DNA of 62,575 bases, filler included, from Thermodesulfobacteriota bacterium (GTDB lineage: Bacteria > DASVDK01), in assembly GCA_036381125.1 (NCBI GenBank). It is 6 parts of 6 records of this genome, joined end to end, with 100 filler letters (N's around TTAATTAATTAA, not from the genome) between each part and the next. Parts side by side here need not be neighbours in the genome. Positions count along the whole stretch, not along the records: positions 55,344 to 59,664 come from DASVDK010000164.1; positions 59,765 to 62,575 come from DASVDK010000176.1; 4 more parts are not named here. One strand, 5' to 3'. The notes beneath the pieces were generated by a model that saw nothing but the letters and a program-made list of their open reading frames with translations, did not search any database and was not told where the DNA came from. A program made the position numbers and the translations under genes. This document shows positions 57,908 to 62,575 of this stretch, piece by piece; positions within the stretch are counted from its first letter, which is position 1, and each line of letters starts with the position of its first letter.

Positions 57908-59353
57908 TCATCGTACGAGCCCCGCGAGTTCTTCGGCGTAGCGCCGCGCGGGCGCGAGATCGTAGTCGCGGGCGATGGTGATCTGCTGCGCCTGCAGCGA
58001 GCCTTCGGCGTGGATCGTCAGGATCTCGTTGTAGCCGCCGAAGTCCGACGCCGCGAGGTCGCGGATGAGGTTCATCGCCTTGAGCCGCGCCTCCCCGTCC
58101 ACCCCGGCCCGGCCCCCGAGGTAGTGGCGCAGCGCCGGCCCGGTCTCCGGGTCGGCCAGGTCGGCCTCGTCCGGCCCGGTCACGAGGAGGCCCCCGGCCA
58201 GGTCCTGCAGGTCGCGAACGGCCGTGTGGTAGTTGGCGGCGAAGTGGGCCTTGGCGATGTTCGTGAGCGTCACGTCGGGGACCGCCACGCCCTCCTCCGT
58301 CGTGCGGCAGCGGATCGCCGCCAGCTCGGTGAGCCCCTGGACCGTCTCGGAGTAGGCGATGAGCCGCGTGAGCTTCTCGACCACGTGCGAGGCCTGGCGG
58401 ATCCCGTTGTAGTCGGCGATCAGGTCCGCCGCCCCCACGAGCAGGTCGAGCATCGGCGCCTTGTAGCTCACCGCCGTGAAGCGGTGGTACTGGACGAAGG
58501 TGTTGGCCACGTCCCCGGCCGCCTGCCACTCCCCCGCCAGGAACACCCGCTCGTGCGGCACGAACACGTCGTCGAAGAGCGTCACCGTGTCGATCAGGTG
58601 GTGGTGTGCCGACAGCGGGTGGTGCAGCCCCGGCCGCCCGCCCCCGCCGAAGGGGGACGCGATCATCCGGAGCCCCTTCGCGTCGGCCGGCACGGCGCAG
58701 GCCACCGCGTAGGCGGCGTCCGCCTCGCCGAGGGCCCGCGTCGGCAGGACGATGACCTCGTTGACGAACGGGGTGTTCGTCGTGTGCGCCTTGGCGCCCC
58801 GGATCACGATGCCGTCCGCCCGCCGCTCCACGATGCGCACGTAGTAGTCGGGGTGGGGCTGCTGCGAGGGCCGGCGGCTGCGGTCGCCCTTCACGTCGGT
58901 CTGCGCCACGGCAATGGCCAGGTCGTGCGTGCGGGCGTGGTCGAGGAACGCCGCCACGCGCGCCGCGTAGTCGGTGCCGTGCGCCCGGTCGATCCGCGGC
59001 GCGACGACCGTCAGGGCGAACAGGGCGTCGGTGCCGATCTCCTTGACGAGCACCACCGAGCCCTTGCCGTGCCGGGTCGACAGCTCGATCAGGGCGCGCC
59101 GCTTGAGGAGGTCGTCGGCCGAGGTCGGCACCTTGAAGAAGCGGCTCATCAGGCCGCCGCCCGGCGCCTCGCAGACGGCGAGCTCCCGGTGCGCCGGGTC
59201 CTCGGCCAACCGGAAGTCGCCCGCGATGTGCTCGCGTGCGACCGGTCCGAGGACCTCGTGCGTCGTGACGTCGGGGACGCGCCGCCCCCGGAAACGGACG
59301 TCGCGGCCGTCCCGGAGGCTGGCCAGGAACTCCTCGGCGGTACGAAGACCCAT
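57908..59353 (-). CDS. HpaB / 4-hydroxybutyryl-CoA dehydratase-family flavoprotein
   Basis: LRT.EEFL.SLRDGR.V...G..V.DVT.H, AQTDVKGDRS..P..Q..PD.YV.IVE...DGIVIRGAKAHT, FDDVFVP.ERVFL.GE, H..GS..AQ. Confidence 0.9.
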   Translation of the reverse strand: MGLRTAEEFLASLRDGRDVRFRGRRVPDVTTHEVLGPVAREHIAGDFRLAEDPAHRELAVCEAPGGGLMSRFFKVPTSADDLLKRRALIELSTRHGKGSVVLVKEIGTDALFALTVVAPRIDRAHGTDYAARVAAFLDHARTHDLAIAVAQTDVKGDRSRRPSQQPHPDYYVRIVERRADGIVIRGAKAHTTNTPFVNEVIVLPTRALGEADAAYAVACAVPADAKGLRMIASPFGGGGRPGLHHPLSAHHHLIDTVTLFDDVFVPHERVFLAGEWQAAGDVANTFVQYHRFTAVSYKAPMLDLLVGAADLIADYNGIRQASHVVEKLTRLIAYSETVQGLTELAAIRCRTTEEGVAVPDVTLTNIAKAHFAANYHTAVRDLQDLAGGLLVTGPDEADLADPETGPALRHYLGGRAGVDGEARLKAMNLIRDLAASDFGGYNEILTIHAEGSLQAQQITIARDYDLAPARRYAEELAGLVR

Positions 59354-59406
59354 GCGTGTGTCCCTCCCCTCGGGGGCAGGCCCTCCGATTCTCCACGGCG
59401 GCGCGG

Positions 59407-59664
59407 GGTTCGGCTCCCGTCCCCACGTGCCGCCCACGGACCGCTCTGCCGGCGCTCGGCCCTTCGGGCCGGCCCCGCTGCGCGGGGCGCGGGGGGATCG
59501 GCTCCCGTCCCCGCGTGCCGCCCATGGACCGCTCTGCCGGCGCGCCGGGCTTCGCCCGGGCCCCGCTTCGCGAGACGAGGATCGGCGCCTGTTCCCGCGT
59601 GCCGCCCACGGACCGCTCTGCCGGCGCTCGGCCCTTCGGGCCGGCCCCGCTGCGCGGGGCGCGG
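59407..59664 (+). repeat. Tandem array of three ~85-bp double-hairpin repeats running into the contig end
   Basis: Units start at ~59407, ~59495 and ~59579 and share cgtgccgccca(c/t)ggaccgctctgccggcgc followed by two hairpins. Confidence 0.9.
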
Positions 59665-59764
59665 NNNNNNNNNNNNNNNNNNNNNNNNNNNNNNNNNNNN
59701 NNNNNNNNTTAATTAATTAANNNNNNNNNNNNNNNNNNNNNNNNNNNNNNNNNNNNNNNNNNNN
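59665..59764. other. Artificial contig spacer
   Basis: N-run with TTAATTAATTAA. Confidence 0.99.
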
Positions 59765-60087
59765 GACCGGCCGCGCCGCGCCGGTACCGGTCGGGCGGCC
59801 TCGAGATCGACCTCGACGCGCGCGAGGTCACGGTCGACGGCCGCCGGCCGGTGCTCACGCACTACGAGTTCGAGCTGCTCACCCTCCTCGCCCGATCGGC
59901 CGGCCGGGTCCTCTCGCGCGAGCAGATCCTCGACGCCCTCAAGGGCGAGACCTACGAGAGCTTCGACCGCTCGATCGACGTCCACATCTCGAAGCTGCGG
60001 GCAAAGCTCGAGGCCGACCCCCGGGCCCCCCGCTACATCAAGACGGTCCGCGGCGTCGGCTACGTCCTCGTCCGCGACGGCGCCTGA
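59765..60087 (+). CDS. OmpR-family response regulator, C-terminal winged helix (5'-partial)
   Basis: GLEIDL..REV...G....LT.YEF.LL..LA...GRVLSREQI.......FDRSIDVHISKLRAKLE.DP..PRYIKTVRGVGY. Confidence 0.93.
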
Positions 60088-60088
60088 C

Positions 60089-61456
60089 GTGCGCCGGCTC
60101 TACACCCGCATCTACCTGCACTTCCTGGGCGTCCTCCTGGTCGTGGGGGTGGCGGGCGGCCTCGTCTTCGCCCTCGGCGCCCGCGGCCCGCTCGTGTCCG
60201 ACCTCGCCGGGCGGCTCGCGCGCCACGCGGCCGGGCTCGTGGGCGACGCCGTGGGCGACCCGGCCGCCCTCGCACGCGTGCTCGAGCGCCTCCACCGGGA
60301 CCTCGGCGTCGACCTGACGGTGCGCGACCTCCGCGGCCGCGTCCTCGCGAGCGTCGGCCCGGAGCTGCCGCCGCCGACCGGGCGGGAGGCGGCGTCCGCG
60401 GCCCGGGGGGAGGTCGTCAGCCGCAGGGGCCCGGGTTTCCGGGTCATCGTCGCGGTCCGCGCCGGCGAACGGGGGCCGGTCGTCGGCACACTCGCCGGAG
60501 CGGCGCGGCCGCACGGCTCGCCTGGGCACCTGGCGCGCCCGACCCTGTGGCTGGTGGTCGTGCTCCTCGTCGCGGCGGTCGCCACGTGGCCGCTGGCCCG
60601 CCGGATCTCGCGGCCCGTGGAGAGGCTGACCGACGCGGCGCGGCGGCTCGGCGACGGCGACCTCACGGCCCGCGTGCCGCCGGAGCGCGGGGGGCGCCGC
60701 CGGCCGGCCGACGAGCTGGTCACGCTGACGCGCACGTTCAACGAGATGGCCGATCGGGTCGAGCGGCTCGTACGGGGCCAGAAGGTGCTCCTCGCCAACG
60801 TCTCGCACGAGCTGCGCTCGCCTCTCGCCCGCATCCGCGTGGCGCTGGAGCTGCTCCCGCGCGAGGGGGAGGCGGAGCGGCGCATCCGTGACCTCGAGCG
60901 CGACCTCGCCGACCTCGACCGGCTCGTGGAGGACGCGCTCGCCGCCGCGAGGCTCGAGGGCACGGGCCTGCCGGCCACGCTCGCGCCGGTGGAGGCGCGC
61001 CGGCTCCTCGCCGGGCTGGCCGATCGGGCGGCGGTCGATCCCCTGACGAGCGGGCGCGAGGTGCGCCTGGCCCCTGGCCCCGAGGTCTCGCTCCTGGCCG
61101 ACGAAGCGCTGCTGCGGCGCGCCCTCTGGAACCTCGTTGAGAACGCCGCCAAGTACGGCGCGCCGCCCATCACGCTCTCGGCCGTACGCGAGGACTCGAC
61201 GGTCACGCTCGCGGTGGCCGATGAGGGTCCGGGGATCGCGCCGGCCGAACGCGAACGGGTCGTCGAGCCCTTCTACCGGGGCGATGCGGCCCGGACGCCG
61301 ACCGCGACCGGGTCGGCCCCCGCCGGCGCCGGCCTCGGCCTCACGCTCGCGCGGCGCGTGGCCGAGGTCCACGGCGGCCGCCTCGTCATCGGGCCGGCGA
61401 CGACCGACGGCGAGCGCGGCTGCCGTGTCGCGCTGGTGCTCCCCGCGGCGCCGTGA
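60089..61456 (+). CDS. HAMP-domain sensor histidine kinase
   Basis: Two TM helices, HAMP, ANVSHELRSPLARI, NLVENA.KYG, VADEGPGI, EPFYRG, GAGLGL. Confidence 0.95.
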   Translation: MRRLYTRIYLHFLGVLLVVGVAGGLVFALGARGPLVSDLAGRLARHAAGLVGDAVGDPAALARVLERLHRDLGVDLTVRDLRGRVLASVGPELPPPTGREAASAARGEVVSRRGPGFRVIVAVRAGERGPVVGTLAGAARPHGSPGHLARPTLWLVVVLLVAAVATWPLARRISRPVERLTDAARRLGDGDLTARVPPERGGRRRPADELVTLTRTFNEMADRVERLVRGQKVLLANVSHELRSPLARIRVALELLPREGEAERRIRDLERDLADLDRLVEDALAAARLEGTGLPATLAPVEARRLLAGLADRAAVDPLTSGREVRLAPGPEVSLLADEALLRRALWNLVENAAKYGAPPITLSAVREDSTVTLAVADEGPGIAPAERERVVEPFYRGDAARTPTATGSAPAGAGLGLTLARRVAEVHGGRLVIGPATTDGERGCRVALVLPAAP

Positions 61457-61517
61457 CCCGGCCGCGGCAATTCCCACCGCGCCCTTGGCCAGGCGGCCGG
61501 GCGTCGCGCCCCCGGGA

Positions 61518-62575
61518 TCAGGAGCGATCGCGCGCCTCGTGCTCGGCCAGGGCCCACGCCACGTGCTCTCGCACGATCGGCGACGGGTCCTCGCGCCGCC
61601 TCTCGAGCGCGGCTCGCACTTCGGGCGACGTCGCGGCGTTGCCGAGGGCGACGGCGACGTTCCGCAGCCACCGCTCGTAGCCGAGCCGCCTGAGCGCGCT
61701 CCCCTCGGTGCGCGACAGGTACTCCGCCTCCGTCCAGGCGAAGAGGTCGACCAGCCGCGGGGCGTCGAGCCCGTGGCGCGGCGAGAAGTCCGGCAGCGCT
61801 GCCGTGCGCGCGAACCGGTTCCACGGGCAGACGAGCTGACAGTCGTCGCAGCCGAAGATCCGGTTGCCGACGGCGCGGCGGAACTCGACCGGGATCGGGC
61901 CGTGCAGCTCGATGGTGAGGTAGGAGATGCAGCGGCGCGCGTCGAGCTGGTACGGGGCCACGATGGCGCCGGTCGGGCAGACGTCCAGGCAGGCGCGGCA
62001 CCGGCCGCACCGGCCGGGCGGCGGCCCCGGGTCGACCGGCAGCGGCAGGTCGGTGTAGAGCTCCCCGAGCACGAACCAGGAGCCGCCACCCTCGGCAACG
62101 AGGTTCGTGTGCTTGCCGATGAAGCCGAGGCCGGCGTTCCGGGCGAGCGGCTTCTCCATGACCGGCGCGCTGTCGACGAACGCGCGGTACCCGAACGGCC
62201 CGACCGCCGCCTCGATCCGGTCGGCGAGCTTCTGGAGCCGCCGACGGAGCACCCGGTGGTAGTCCCGACCGAGCGCATAGCGGGCGACGTAGCCGACCTC
62301 GGGGTGATCGAGGAGGTCGCGGGGATCCCTGCCCTCGGCAGGCCGGCAGGCCAGCCGGACGCTGACGACGGTGAGCGTCCCCGGCACGAGCTTGGCCGGT
62401 CGGGCGCGGGCCGTGGCCAGGCGCGCCATGTACCGCATCTCGCCGTGCCGGCCGCCGGCGAGCCATCGGGCGAGGCGGCGCTCCTCCTCGCGGCCGAGCG
62501 CGGCGCGCGCGATCCCGACCGCCTCGAAGCCGAGCGCGCGCCCCCACGCCTTGATGTCGCTCGCAAGCCGCGCCA
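61518..62575 (-). CDS. queG: tRNA epoxyqueuosine(34) reductase (runs off the window end)
   Basis: ARYALGRDYH, FVDSAPVMEK, GFIGKHT, GSWFVLGE, CGRCRACLDVCPTGA, DARRCISYLTIE, GCDDCQLVCPWN, RNVAVALGN. Confidence 0.97.
   Translation of the reverse strand, partial: ARLASDIKAWGRALGFEAVGIARAALGREEERRLARWLAGGRHGEMRYMARLATARARPAKLVPGTLTVVSVRLACRPAEGRDPRDLLDHPEVGYVARYALGRDYHRVLRRRLQKLADRIEAAVGPFGYRAFVDSAPVMEKPLARNAGLGFIGKHTNLVAEGGGSWFVLGELYTDLPLPVDPGPPPGRCGRCRACLDVCPTGAIVAPYQLDARRCISYLTIELHGPIPVEFRRAVGNRIFGCDDCQLVCPWNRFARTAALPDFSPRHGLDAPRLVDLFAWTEAEYLSRTEGSALRRLGYERWLRNVAVALGNAATSPEVRAALERRREDPSPIVREHVAWALAEHEARDRS

Noticed and set aside
59407-59664. Possible CRISPR array
   Set aside because: The units are ~85 bp and similar along their whole length, with no unique spacers and no cas genes.
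13003-59764. Five identical N-flanked TTAATTAATTAA motifs
   Set aside because: These are artificial contig linkers, not biological repeats; gene adjacency across them is meaningless.

Overview
This is a very GC-rich bacterial draft or metagenome assembly. The window is six unrelated contig pieces (1-13002, 13103-18470, 18571-36798, 36899-55243, 55344-59664, 59765-62575) joined by artificial 100-nt N/TTAATTAATTAA spacers, so no gene linkage is inferred across spacers. Housekeeping and metabolic genes: partial clpB, pgi, malQ, queG, a CapA-family gene and an NhaC-family gene; modABC; quinone oxidoreductase; a ChdC/chlorite-dismutase-family gene; an HpaB/4-hydroxybutyryl-CoA-dehydratase-family gene. 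The window also holds many transporters, exported beta-propeller/lipoproteins and signalling genes (PilZ-EAL, NtrC-like, OmpR/HK). No rRNA, tRNA, CRISPR array or intact transposase was seen. Most notable: (1) a decayed cluster of integron attC-like sites at ~53.1-54.3 kb in which the conserved AAC/GTT core reads GAC/GTC in both arms; (2) an ~85-bp dispersed and tandem repeat family whose two hairpins show compensatory changes (21.56 kb and 59.41-59.66 kb); (3) a 25-bp GGGGTCAGG-type inverted/tandem repeat element at 30.5 kb; (4) a signalling operon (5.9-9.6 kb) collapsed by deletions, leaving a HisKA::sigma54-activator fusion; (5) a Mop-linked FecCD-type importer with fused permease and ATPase near a canonical modABC; (6) several enzymes lacking canonical catalytic residues. 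All family assignments come from recognising motifs by eye; no database searches were run.
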